A stretch of 64,000 bases of DNA from a bacterium (GCA_965261085.1 OZ253442.1:1088001-1152000), one strand, 5' to 3'. Positions 39,002-48,969 are shown, numbered from the stretch's first letter. The notes: a model not told the origin generated them from the letters alone. Program-made: numbers and translations.

Positions 39002-39955
39002 TCAAGCCGCGACGCGCTTGACGGGTATGCCGAGGCTTTGGGCTTTGTCGACGAGGTTGTCCGTGATGCCCGAACCCGGGAACGCGATCACGCCCTTGGG
39101 GAGGAGTGCCAGGAGTTCGTCGTTGCGCCTGAAGGGAGCGGCCCGTCCGTGCGCATCCCAGTCGGGCTTGCACACGACTTGGTGGACGCCGTTTCGCTCG
39201 GCCCATCCCGCCGCTATCTTCTCGGCGCCCGGGCCGCCGCCGTGGACGAGAACGACGTCGGCGTACTTGGCCTTGACCTTGTCGAGATGGCCGATGATTT
39301 TGCCTGCGTCGTTCGCCTCCTTGCCTCCCGCGACGGCGACGAGGGTTCCCTGGGGCAAGTGCGCGGTGTTCTCGCGGTCCTTTCTGGCTCTTTGAAAGTC
39401 GCGCGCGTCGATCATGGCGGAGGTGAGCTTGCCGGTCTGGGAGACGTGGGAGCCTCGCCGTGGCCGCCATACCTCGCCGGTCTCGATGCGGTAGGCCTCT
39501 GCGGCCGTGTCGCGCAGTCCTTCGAAGGCGTCGCGGCGGGCGGAGAGATTTTGAGCGCGGTCGGTCTTGAGTTCGAGTTCGCGCGAGCGGATCTCGGAGC
39601 CGTCCTGCTCGCGCTGTAGTTCGCGGATGCCGGGGATGAGTTTGTCGGCGGCGCGGTCGAGGCGCTGTGTCTGCGCGTCGATGGTGTTGACGAAGCCCCA
39701 GAGGAGGTTTCTTCGCTCATCCGCAAGCTGCGTGCCGTCGGGCGCTGCCTCGGCGAGCAGGTGGAAGGCTTTAAGGACGGCGGCGGTCGCCTCGTGCTCG
39801 TCCCACACGGGGCGGTTGTCGAACTCATCCGGCCCGGGCGTTGCGCCGAAGAGGGCGGCCTGCTCGCAGACCATGGCGGTGAAGGATTCGTTCTGGGCTT
39901 CGTGTTCCGTGTGCTCGTTCATGTTCATCTCCTTGTGGTCGTGTGTAGCGGTCAT
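39002..39955 (-). CDS. DUF2493 (YspA/SLOG-like) protein
   Basis: VAVAGG, LVHGGGPGAEKIA, APFRRND, IAFPGSGIT. Confidence 0.85.
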   Translation of the reverse strand: MTATHDHKEMNMNEHTEHEAQNESFTAMVCEQAALFGATPGPDEFDNRPVWDEHEATAAVLKAFHLLAEAAPDGTQLADERRNLLWGFVNTIDAQTQRLDRAADKLIPGIRELQREQDGSEIRSRELELKTDRAQNLSARRDAFEGLRDTAAEAYRIETGEVWRPRRGSHVSQTGKLTSAMIDARDFQRARKDRENTAHLPQGTLVAVAGGKEANDAGKIIGHLDKVKAKYADVVLVHGGGPGAEKIAAGWAERNGVHQVVCKPDWDAHGRAAPFRRNDELLALLPKGVIAFPGSGITDNLVDKAQSLGIPVKRVAA

Positions 39956-39976
39956 CGTTGACTCCTTTCGTAGTCC

Positions 39977-40348
39977 TCAAGCGAGGGGATGGTTGTATTG
40001 GGGCAGCGCGTAGCCGAGATCGTCCCGCTTCACTTCTTTGGGCATCTCGTCGAGATACCTGGCTGCCCATTCAGCGGCGCGCGCGAGGACGTCGCCGTGG
40101 CACGGGAGGGGCCGGCAGTGGCAGCCGAGTTCGCAGCCGTGCAGGTCGGCGAGTTCGTGGAGATTCACCTCCTCCTGCCGGATTTTTTCCCACAGCCATC
40201 GCCGGAATTTTTCGATCACGTCGTCGCGGTCGCCGTCCTGGCCGATGCGGAAGGGATTTCCCCACTTCGTCATGCGGTCGATCCTCACCAGCAAGCCACT
40301 GTCGAGTTCATCGACATAGGTGTTCAGGTTCACCACGGTGGTTTCCAT
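39977..40348 (-). CDS. DUF4326 family protein
   Basis: IDR.TKWGNPF, LGCHC.PLPCHGDVL. Confidence 0.88.
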   Translation of the reverse strand: METTVVNLNTYVDELDSGLLVRIDRMTKWGNPFRIGQDGDRDDVIEKFRRWLWEKIRQEEVNLHELADLHGCELGCHCRPLPCHGDVLARAAEWAARYLDEMPKEVKRDDLGYALPQYNHPLA

Positions 40349-40904
40349 GCCTTTCTCCTTTCCAGAGAGTTAACGGATGCGCTTCTTAGCGTCCCATTTT
40401 CAGCACGTAAGGGCGCCGGTCGGTGTTTCCGGCGCCCGTAGGCGGGCGAATCAAGGGCTCGTCATTTTCCGGGGGGTTCCCGAAAAACACGGGTCATCGT
40501 TTTTTGGGGGGCACCGGCAAATGATGGCCGCTTGCGGCCACCCTTTATTCGCTCGGCGTTCGTGCTAAAATGAGGACGCTAAGAGAGAGACATTAGTATC
40601 GCCACCGGGATACAAGAGTTTTTGGTTGTTTCACGATGAAGGCGAAGCTCATCGGGAAACGATCTCTCATGCTGCGGAAAGGGTCATTTCGGGCCGTTTT
40701 TTCCGGCCCGAAATTCCCGCAGCGGGGGGTAGACCGAGCCACTGTCTTGAATATGGAATGATTGCAGGCGCCTGCGGATCTTCCGTGAACATGGTTTATC
40801 GTTCGCGGAACCGGAGATTTCCCGGGGGTTCCCGGTAGATGAGAGGGCCGGCAGGGCGGGAAAGGCGAAGGGCTTCGGCGGCGGACTCCCTCTGGATAAC
40901 GAGC

Positions 40905-40936
40905 AAAAAAACAGGCCGACACCGAAGCGCCGGCCC
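40905..40936 (-). terminator. Rho-independent terminator after the nested ssb
   Basis: GGCCGGCGC-TTCG-GTGTCGGCC then a T-tract on the minus strand. Confidence 0.7.
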
Positions 40937-40965
40937 GTTGTGAGACCCAAAACACAAACCCTTGC

Positions 40966-41403
40966 CTAGAACGGAATATCTTCGCCGACCACGCCTGCAG
41001 GCGCCATCGTCTCGGGGTGCGCGCCGACTCCGTTGCCATTGCCGTTCCCGTTCACCTTGTCGAGGAATTGCACGCGCCCGCCCGGCGCGAGTAATATCTC
41101 GGTCGAGAACCGATCCGAGTCTTCCTCGTCCTTCTTCCAGCGGCGGGTCTGGAGCTTGCCCGCCACGTAGACCAGGCGGCCCTTCTTCGCGTGCCGCTCG
41201 AACATATCCACCAACCCGGGCTGGAAAGTCACGACCCGGTGCCACTCGGTTTTGTCCACCCGATCGCCGGATTGCTTGTCGACGTAGCCCTCGTCGGTGG
41301 CGATCGATAGGTTGGCGACGCGTCCCCCGCTCGCGAGATGGTTGATGGTGACGTCGGCGCCTAAGCGCCCGATCAGTTCCGCTCTGTTGAGTCCGAATGC
41401 CAT
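40966..41403 (-). CDS. ssb: Single-stranded DNA-binding protein (intact copy in the nested element)
   Basis: OB fold, KTEWHRVV, GKLQTRRW, C-terminal EDIPF. Confidence 0.95.
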   Translation of the reverse strand: MAFGLNRAELIGRLGADVTINHLASGGRVANLSIATDEGYVDKQSGDRVDKTEWHRVVTFQPGLVDMFERHAKKGRLVYVAGKLQTRRWKKDEEDSDRFSTEILLAPGGRVQFLDKVNGNGNGNGVGAHPETMAPAGVVGEDIPF

Positions 41404-41484
41404 GGTAGTACTCCTTCGTGGTGTGAGTGTGAAAAAAATGATGGGAGGGAGAGAGCCTTTCTCTCCCCGGCCCCCCGGTTCGCC

Positions 41485-41616
41485 CTAAACGCTACAGAAC
41501 TCCACCTCGCCGTCCGCCTCGTCGCGCAGCTTGCGGATCGTGTAGGCGTCGAGTCCTAGTTCTGCGAGCAGTTCGTCCGCGGTGGGAACGTCGACGTCGT
41601 AGTCGTTCTCGTACAT
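41485..41616 (-). CDS. 43-aa acidic micro-protein upstream of ssb
   Basis: MYENDYDVDVPTADELLAELGLDAYTIRKLR; GAGGAGG RBS; paralog at 17550. Confidence 0.75.
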   Translation of the reverse strand: MYENDYDVDVPTADELLAELGLDAYTIRKLRDEADGEVEFCSV

Positions 41617-42277
41617 GGCCAGGCCTCCTCTCGGGTTGTCGCACCCGGCGTCGGGACCGGGAGACCGTCTCCCTCTCCCTACCGGGCATTTGCCCGGCTC
41701 CCCGCTTCTCTCCACCTCTCCCCGGGGGGATCACGTCCGGTGAGGGGCCGTCCACGGAGCGTGAACGGCCTCGGCCCCCGCCGGGTCGAGCGGGAGACGG
41801 ACGGGAACGGAAGCCGCAACGGGTGCGCCCCGGTTCGGGGTTCGGATGGATGAGGCATGGGGATAGGGGGACGTATCGAGTGGTGGAATTTCGGGGCGGC
41901 GACGTTCTTGTCCTCGCCGGTGGGGTTGGTGGTCGGCACTCTCGCGCTGTCGGCACCGGGAAGATGGAGACTATGGAAGCCGGGTTGGCTTCGCGCCGCC
42001 TGGCGGGCCGGGATTGCGCTCGGCGCCTTCGTCGGCGGTGGCGAACTCGGCTAGACGACCGTACGGGCGTGCGCAGCCCCCCGGCCCGGAGATCTAGGTG
42101 CTTCACGCGGAGGAGGCGAGTCCGGCAGGCGCCCCCCCCCCGGCGGCCGAAAGGGCGGCGGTACGTACCCTCGACGGCGGGCCGGCTGCGCAGCAGGGCG
42201 GCGCCACCCCCCTGGCCGGGGTCTGCCCCCGCCGGAGGGGGGACGGCGGCACGTGCCCGGAGAACCGGCGAGAGCAC

Positions 42278-43087
42278 CTACCAGCTAGTAAACCTGGCCA
42301 TAGGCGACGCGTCTTCGATGACTTCCACTTCATGGCGGGATAGCCTTTCGAAGGCGAGGCACATCGCAACCTCCTCCCAGGAGTCCCAGGGCCCGTGCTC
42401 CTCGCCCGTGGCGAGTTCGACCACGGTGTATCGAGGCGGATGGATGGGCATTCCCTTGTGCTCGCCCGAGGAGTACCAGGAGCGCCTCGCGCATGGTTCA
42501 CACCGCGCGGAAAGGCCCGCTGGCTGAGCGCAATCCACGCAGAGCCTCTTTGCGCGCCTGTCGGCGTAGCGCCTCTTGCTCGCGGTGTTCTTCTTCGGAG
42601 CGCGTCCCTCCTCAAGCGCGGCGCACGGGCCGCACCTGGAAGCCCCCGCGAAGACGGGGCCTCCACAACGGCCGCACATGCCTTTCGCTCTCCTGGCGGC
42701 GTAGAGCTTCCGTTCTTCAGCGCGCCTCGCCTCCCGGCAGGACTCGCAGAAGGCGCCGCCCCGGTCAGGAGGACGCTCTCCACAAGCCGTGCACAGCCCC
42801 GCTTCCTTGCGTTCGCGCCTTCGCCTCTTGTTCCTCTCCCTGGCCATTCGGCGTCGGCCCTCGGGGTACCTCCCCCCGTAGGGGTCCCCGGCAGCCTTAC
42901 GCCTGGCATAGCGTTCGCGCTCGGCGGCCCGTCCCCTCTCGCTGCAGGCTTCGCACAGGCTGCGCTCGGGCGCGGGGGGTTGTTTCCCGCACTTGGGGCA
43001 CAATCCCTGCGCGCGTCGATCTGCGGCGCGTTTGCGGTGGCGTTCGCGTTCTTTCTTGTGTCCCTGCTCACGGTTCTTGTACGGCAT
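42278..43087 (-). CDS. Basic protein with four tandem CxxC..CxxC zinc-finger repeats
   Basis: CPKC/CEAC, CTAC/CESC, CGRC/CGPC, CVDC/CEPC separated by Arg-rich helices; GGAGAG RBS. Confidence 0.8.
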   Translation of the reverse strand: MPYKNREQGHKKERERHRKRAADRRAQGLCPKCGKQPPAPERSLCEACSERGRAAERERYARRKAAGDPYGGRYPEGRRRMARERNKRRRRERKEAGLCTACGERPPDRGGAFCESCREARRAEERKLYAARRAKGMCGRCGGPVFAGASRCGPCAALEEGRAPKKNTASKRRYADRRAKRLCVDCAQPAGLSARCEPCARRSWYSSGEHKGMPIHPPRYTVVELATGEEHGPWDSWEEVAMCLAFERLSRHEVEVIEDASPMARFTSW

Positions 43088-43102
43088 CCTCTCTCCTCCC
43101 CC

Positions 43103-43417
43103 TCAGCGCCGCCGGCTTTGGCCGAAGAGGCCGATCGAATACACGCCCCAATATTGGACCCCGCTGTCCCTGGTGCGCAGGCCCGTACAGACGATGATCT
43201 CGTCCCGCGCGGGCCGCATCTCCCGGACGGCCTTGCGGGTAACCGTCGCGCGTTTCCTCTTGCGCCCGCTTCCGGTCTTCGCTTCCGCAGCGGGCATGGG
43301 GCGGATCTCGCCGTCCATCGTGGACTTGAACCGCTCGACGGCGTATCGCTCATCCTCCAGCCCCCGGCCGAAGGTGTGGGTGAGGAAGGTGTTCGACTCT
43401 CGTATGGTCGTCCGCAT
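43103..43417 (-). CDS. Hypothetical protein
   Basis: AGGAGG RBS; remnant paralog at 22290. Confidence 0.65.
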   Translation of the reverse strand: MRTTIRESNTFLTHTFGRGLEDERYAVERFKSTMDGEIRPMPAAEAKTGSGRKRKRATVTRKAVREMRPARDEIIVCTGLRTRDSGVQYWGVYSIGLFGQSRRR

Positions 43418-44015
43418 CGCGGGCCTCCTTGCTGTGGGTGGTCGGGAAGGCGGAGAACGTCCTCTCCCGGACGCCCCGCCGCCGCCCCCTCACGGCCAAG
43501 CTCGGCCTCTTGGTGGCGCGGGAGTCGAGTCTGTGGACATCGGCTCGGAGGAGTGGCACAGTGAACTGGGGTCCGACCCAGCGTTTTGGACGGCGTCAGG
43601 AAGGCCGGAAAGGCAGCATTCCATGCCGCTCACGGTAGGCATCGATCGAGGAGTAAAAGTCAGTGCTCGAAGTTCTGGAACGAATGCGTAAGCTTCCCCC
43701 TAATCCGGGCCATTGCATGTGAGGTTTTCCTAGAGATGTTCCGGCCATGCCTTCATGTTCCGGGCCGAGGGAAACGCCGGGAATTATATTCTTAACTTGA
43801 CAGGGAAGGGTAAACCGAGGGGGTCCCAGTTTGAAATTTGACGCTTCAATCGCGATTTACTGATTTACAAAAACGAGGCGAATTTCAGGGGCAATCAAAG
43901 AGCGTATTGCATTCAAGGCATTCTATCGTAGATAGAGGCTCCGCGAAGCTTGCTACGAGGCTTCACTCCAACATTCCTTCTCCGACACGCTAGGCCACCC
44001 TTTGAGGCGTTCCCA

Positions 44016-45794
44016 ATGAAGCTTACCGTAACAAACCCGGAGGTTCTGGACACGCTCGTGGACATTCCAGTCGGCCTATGGCCCATTCGCCGCCCTAGGG
44101 ACTCGCGAATGATCCTCGTTGTGAAGACCTCGAGAGAGGCGGCTCAAACGGCCAGACTACGCAAAGGATTCCGCTTCTATTTGGTTCCTGTCCATGCCGG
44201 CAGCGTGGCTACGTATGGTCTGGTGACAGCCTTCTTCGACGACAACGATGAACCGCTCGTCATCCAGACACCACTCTTCCACGAGGAGATCACCCGAGAT
44301 TTCGTTTTGCTGCTCTCGTCGGACGCCTTCTATGTCCATTTCTTCGACGAGCACGATCGGGAACTGCTCGGCTTCCGAGCTGAGAACCCGGATGCTCATC
44401 GCTTCCGCGTACTCTCGAATACGATTCGTTTCGCGTCGCCAACCCTTGACCGAGCGCGCCAGGTCCTCGACGTGATGCAATCCCGGTTCGGCGCTCGCTC
44501 GCCGGCGGACGACGCCGCTGCGTTCACTATCCACCTGCGGGAGCGGCTGTTTCCCGACAGCCTGGAAGAAAACGTCGAAAACCCAGGCGATCTCAATGAG
44601 CCTGACATAGCCAACGCCCTGCATCGGTCGTTTGGGAGTGACAATGTCTTCGCGAACCCGATTCGCGCCGACAACGAACGAGAATTTGTAGACGTTCTCG
44701 TGGCAACGGACAAGACCCTCCTCCTGGTTCAGGCCAAGGATAGCCCAAGCGACGAGTCAGCACTGAACCGGAAGATCGATCGCAAGAAGACCACCGCTGC
44801 CCACCATGTAAGGAGGGCAACCCGCCAGTTGAAGGGATCAATCAATTACCTCCGATCTGGGGATCCCATTGAGATCTTTACCGAGAAGAAGAGCCGCGAA
44901 GTGTCCACGTCCGGCCGCGACGTCTTCGGACTCGTCATCGTCAAGGAGCTGTTCGACCCGGAGCGACCAACCTGCAGCCCACCTGTCCTTACCGTGTTCA
45001 ACGACACGGGCATTCCTTGCCTACTTCTGGACCATACAGAGTTTCAACAGTTAACCTTCTTCCGGACCACCGAGGAGAGCTTCGTAGGGGCGCTGAAGGA
45101 TATCTTCTCGGCCGCCTGCGCGCATAGCGTGTTCCCACCTAGCCGATTTGGCCTTCGTACGGGGAAGACGGTGGTGTACGATCCAACTGGAACAGGGAAC
45201 GCGCCAGACTCGACTACGCACGAACGGGTTCAAGTTGTCACGGAGGGCAGCTCCATCATTACCGCTCCCATATCGGGCGATTGGGTAACCGACGAGGTTG
45301 CTGGAATGGGGTTTCGGGAAGACTTGGGTGCCGACTGGCTTCGTGTGGTCGTAGACCGCTCGGAAGTGAAAGCCCTCGACGTGTCCGGTACGGCGGCAAC
45401 CCTGTCGCGTGTGCTTGCTGACAGGGACGCCGTCGAACGGTATCGGGGGCGGGTAGACTTAGCCTTTTTCGGTTACTCCAACGACTCGCGAGAACTACGC
45501 GACATCCCGGAGGTACGGCGCTTCTGCTCCAAGCTGGACGACGCATTTCCCTATTGGTTCTACTTCCTTTCCACGGAGGGAGTGACCCTGGGGGTGATCG
45601 CGTGCTGCTTGTGTTCTGTCGCTCAGCTGAGGCCAGGGGTCGTCAGCTTTGGTCCTGACCTGCTCGAATTCATGACACGTCATTACGAAGCACTGAATTG
45701 GCTATTCGATAACTACTCTCTGGACGAGAGGCTCAATGTCGAGATAAGCGGCAACGTCGCCGAGTATTTCGGCAAGACCGAGTCAATCCAATAG
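44016..45794 (+). CDS. PD-(D/E)xK (NERD-like) nuclease fused to a DUF1817/CRR6-like domain
   Basis: EFVDVLV..LLLVQAKD; GYSNDSRELRDIPEVRRF..FPYWFYFL. Confidence 0.65.
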   Translation: MKLTVTNPEVLDTLVDIPVGLWPIRRPRDSRMILVVKTSREAAQTARLRKGFRFYLVPVHAGSVATYGLVTAFFDDNDEPLVIQTPLFHEEITRDFVLLLSSDAFYVHFFDEHDRELLGFRAENPDAHRFRVLSNTIRFASPTLDRARQVLDVMQSRFGARSPADDAAAFTIHLRERLFPDSLEENVENPGDLNEPDIANALHRSFGSDNVFANPIRADNEREFVDVLVATDKTLLLVQAKDSPSDESALNRKIDRKKTTAAHHVRRATRQLKGSINYLRSGDPIEIFTEKKSREVSTSGRDVFGLVIVKELFDPERPTCSPPVLTVFNDTGIPCLLLDHTEFQQLTFFRTTEESFVGALKDIFSAACAHSVFPPSRFGLRTGKTVVYDPTGTGNAPDSTTHERVQVVTEGSSIITAPISGDWVTDEVAGMGFREDLGADWLRVVVDRSEVKALDVSGTAATLSRVLADRDAVERYRGRVDLAFFGYSNDSRELRDIPEVRRFCSKLDDAFPYWFYFLSTEGVTLGVIACCLCSVAQLRPGVVSFGPDLLEFMTRHYEALNWLFDNYSLDERLNVEISGNVAEYFGKTESIQ

Positions 45795-45896
45795 CGCCCG
45801 AGACCTCGGTCGATGCTCGTAGCGTCCGGCCGATTCCGCTGCCGGGACTCCTCTAGCGGCTCGGACCATGATTGCGCTCTCATCCACGCTGGCGCG

Positions 45897-46100
45897 TCAG
45901 ATCCAGCAGCCGCGCGACCTCGCGGCGAGCGTTCCGTAGTACTCAGCCAAGCGTGTCACTTGCTCGTCCAGCCGCTCGACCTGTCTCTGCAAAGCCTCGA
46001 CCTGCTCTGAGTGCCGCAGCTGTTCCGTCTCGTACTGCGCGGACAACCTCTCCAAGGCCGCAGTGCTCAACACTGCGTCGGCTGGCTTAGCCACCTTAAG
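45897..46100 (-). pseudogene. Coiled-coil mobilisation-protein-like remnant
   Basis: EQVEALQRQVERLDEQVTRL heptads. Confidence 0.35.
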
Positions 46101-46561
46101 GGTGCCAGTCAGCCTCCCGGCAAGCGCACCGGACGCTCTCCGGCGGCGGGAATCTCGGGTCGGCGGAGTCTCCATACCGTACACGGAGAGGTCCGGCCCA
46201 AGCCGTGTCAACGGCTCGAATCGAGGCGATTTTCCAAGGGCTCCAGCGCCGTCCCGGAGTCGGATCGGCCTCCGCCGACGCCGCCTCCATTGCCTCCCAA
46301 CAAGCGTAAAGCGACGCTTTGGGCTTCGCGTCCTTGGCCTCCCAGGGAATTGGCCTATCGTTGCTACCGTGCCCTCCTAGGCCACGTTTCAGCACGGAAG
46401 GAACACTGTTCGAGAAGGAAGATGGGTTGTAGGAGAAACGGACATGCGAATTAGGCGCGATCAAATCTTGGTCGGGGTTCCGCCGCACAAAGGGGCGGGG
46501 CCCTAACCCAGCCAGCCCGCTGGGGGGCATCCGCACTTCGAGGGACCAAGCCGCGTCCACG

Positions 46562-47716
46562 TTATGTGACCACGGGATGATCCTCGCCATTCCCCCAGTC
46601 GATCCAGCTGAGGGCATCAGTTGAGAATCCCTGATTCCATACGCGTGTTTTGGCGGGATCTAGGAACGGAAAACACTTGAGGGCATGCTGCCTCGAATCA
46701 GCCAGTGTGATCAGTTGAATAGGCACGCGCCGATGCTCCCAGGAGGTGATATCGCCGCCCAGCTGGTACTGAACGAAGAGTCGGCCCAGCGTCTCATATG
46801 CGTAGCTGTCATATGGAGGCATCGAGTAGCCGATCACGACAATGGACGAATAGATGTCCTGGCCCGATGAAAGATTTTCCCACAGATCCAGGATGGGGTC
46901 GTATCCAAGCAGCTTGTCGTAAGCTGGTGGGAGAATGAAGGGAACGACTTGTGACACAACTCTCCCCTCTATGGGGAAGTGCGCTGCGTGGTTGGGGACG
47001 CGGAAGACTCGTGGGAGGATGTGATTCCCGAACGCCACCTCCGTCTGTCCTCGTGAAAGAGGCTCTGACGGAACTGTCGGAGCGGGGCCGAAGATCGGAT
47101 CCCGGTTGGGCACGTCGTGACCTTGCTCGGCGTGCCAGCGCACGGCAGCGTCAAGGTAGTAACGGTCATACCAGTCAATCGACCCGTGGAGCTTGAGGAG
47201 GTCAACAAATCTTGGTTCGAATCCACCCGGGTCCGTTATGAGCCACCACTCAGGACTAAGGGTGTACGGCTTGCCAGCGTCATCGAGTGCTTGCTCCAAG
47301 AGGGTGTCGTAATTGAACGTAAGCACGACGTCGCGGGGGCAAAGCCGCTGAGCAAAATCCCGGTACAGCTTCGGGGTGTCGCTGGGCGTCGCTTGAATGA
47401 GTATCCGCTGGATCGCTCGCCGCGCAGCGACTATTGACCGGCTGCCGTGGTCGAAGTACTCGTCGGAACCTATGAGGCGGAGGTAGTGCTTCCGGAGGCT
47501 ATATGCGAGTACGCGCTCCAGATCGATCGACTCACCTGGATACAGCGAAGACCATTCTCCGATCTCTTGTTCCAGGGTACCGTCCCAGCCGGAGAGCTGA
47601 AACGAGCCGCGGACATCCTCTCGGACGCGTTCAAGGAGACCATTCCCCAGAGGCAGGCCCCCGGGGGCGGAGAAGCCAGCCCCGAGTACGAATAGACGGT
47701 GAGGGGGTACGTTCAC
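46562..47716 (-). CDS. SIR2-like domain protein (defence-type)
   Basis: FVLGAGFS, LTFNYDTLLE, LLKLHGSIDW, VIGYS. Confidence 0.85.
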   Translation of the reverse strand: MNVPPHRLFVLGAGFSAPGGLPLGNGLLERVREDVRGSFQLSGWDGTLEQEIGEWSSLYPGESIDLERVLAYSLRKHYLRLIGSDEYFDHGSRSIVAARRAIQRILIQATPSDTPKLYRDFAQRLCPRDVVLTFNYDTLLEQALDDAGKPYTLSPEWWLITDPGGFEPRFVDLLKLHGSIDWYDRYYLDAAVRWHAEQGHDVPNRDPIFGPAPTVPSEPLSRGQTEVAFGNHILPRVFRVPNHAAHFPIEGRVVSQVVPFILPPAYDKLLGYDPILDLWENLSSGQDIYSSIVVIGYSMPPYDSYAYETLGRLFVQYQLGGDITSWEHRRVPIQLITLADSRQHALKCFPFLDPAKTRVWNQGFSTDALSWIDWGNGEDHPVVT

Positions 47717-48199
47717 GTCCTAGCTCTTCCGCGGACGAGGGCGGGGAGGTGACAAGTGGCGATTGATCGTAATCGGTCGCAATCAAGGAAGACAGCGTGA
47801 GTCGCATACCTGTGGCTTATGGGGACGAGCGCGCTCACCGCAGGCCATCCAGACGCAGAGATCGACCAGGGGTGCGGGGCACCTAGGGTTGGCAGCCGGC
47901 ATTGCCCACTCCACGCTTCGTTACCGCCGCAGACCAATGGGACGACGGGTCCAATCAAGAAGGCTCGACCTCCTGGTTACGTCCGTTCTCGGCTAGGGAA
48001 AGCCAACAGAATCCGTTCTGTCTCGGCGGAAAAAATGGTGGGGTCCGCAGTGAAGATATGTTCATAAGTGATTTGCCCTAAATAATTTATAGTGTACGGT
48101 GGGCTAGGCGTTCTGCCAAGCGGCCTTCCGGCATTCTTCGGCGACGACGAATCCTTGGGGTATCTCGCTCACAAGCCCAGTTCCATGAATTGGCCGCTC

Positions 48200-48485
48200 G
48201 TCTCCATTCGGTCCCAGGCCGCAGGGATAGTCCGGGCCCTTCACGTCGGCGGGGTCGAGGATGTAGCGCAGCTCGTTGCGAGTCAGACGATAGGCTCGTG
48301 CGTAGAACGCATCCAGGTCGGCGTGCAGAAGGGCGCGGCGCTCCTCGTCCTAGGTAAACGGCGGACCGTGATGGCTGCTCAGGTCACGGGCAAACGGCGC
48401 CAGCGCGTGGGAGGCGTATGTGAGTTCCAGCACCTTTGGAATGAGGAACGCGAGGCTGAGTTTGGTATAGAAGGCTGGGGTGACC
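48200..48485 (-). pseudogene. C-terminal remnant of a type IIG R-M / DISARM DrmMI-like methyltransferase (not in the ORF track)
   Basis: Minus strand reads [60 protein letters not shown]. Confidence 0.7.
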
Positions 48486-48548
48486 TTCCCCCTTCAAACG
48501 AGTCCCGTTTATCAATGAGTATTCCTGGATTTGTAGAAGGAGGCGGAG

Positions 48549-48760
48549 GATGGCAAGGAAGAGGTTTACAGCGGAACAGATCGTCATCAAGCTGCGAGAG
48601 GCGCCCGGGTTTTATCCGGCAGTGGAAGCTGGCAAGCAGTGGAACGCCCCGGCATCCGTCGCCTCCACCTTTTTATCGGCCGGACCGACTTTGACGGACA
48701 TCACGCCAACTGCAGGATAGAATCCTGACAACGGGACAAGTGGGAAATCGCATAAATGGA
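48549..48760 (+). mobile_element. IS3-family remnant
   Basis: GGAGG RBS then MARKRFTAEQIVIKLRE; internally deleted. Confidence 0.6.
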
Positions 48761-48860
48761 CATTCGGATTGCGGAGGTTGAACCCTTCAGCGAAACGGAA
48801 TATCCTTGCCGTTCTCACCCATGCGCAGGCAAGCGATGTCGTGTTTATGATCGATGCGTC

Positions 48861-48879
48861 GTGTTGCTATAGTGTTGAT
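48861..48879 (+). promoter_or_regulatory. Candidate integrase arm-type sites (right)
   Basis: GTGTTGCT-ata-GTGTTGAT. Confidence 0.5.
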
Positions 48880-48956
48880 AATCATTATATAGCAAATCTA
48901 TTTTATAAATAAATACATTATATTCAACAGGTTATATTGAATATAAAATAATGAAT

Positions 48957-48969
48957 ACATGTTCGAGAA
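48957..48969 (+). repeat. attR core of the nested element
   Basis: ACATGTTCGAGAA, identical to 17971-17983. Confidence 0.9.

Larger units (their letters stand above)
38700..40850 (-). repeat. Inverted paralogous copy of about 50495-52680
   Basis: Near-identical DUF4326 and DUF2493 proteins plus conserved non-coding flanks. Confidence 0.9.
17971..48969. mobile_element. Nested ~31-kb integrative mobilizable element inserted in ssb
   Basis: 13-bp direct repeats, split ssb, integrase beside attL, AT-rich inner flanks, MOBF relaxase. Confidence 0.9.

Noticed and set aside
48200-48485. In-frame TAG as pyrrolysine/read-through
   Set aside because: It falls at a probable Trp codon in an isolated gene fragment, consistent with ordinary decay
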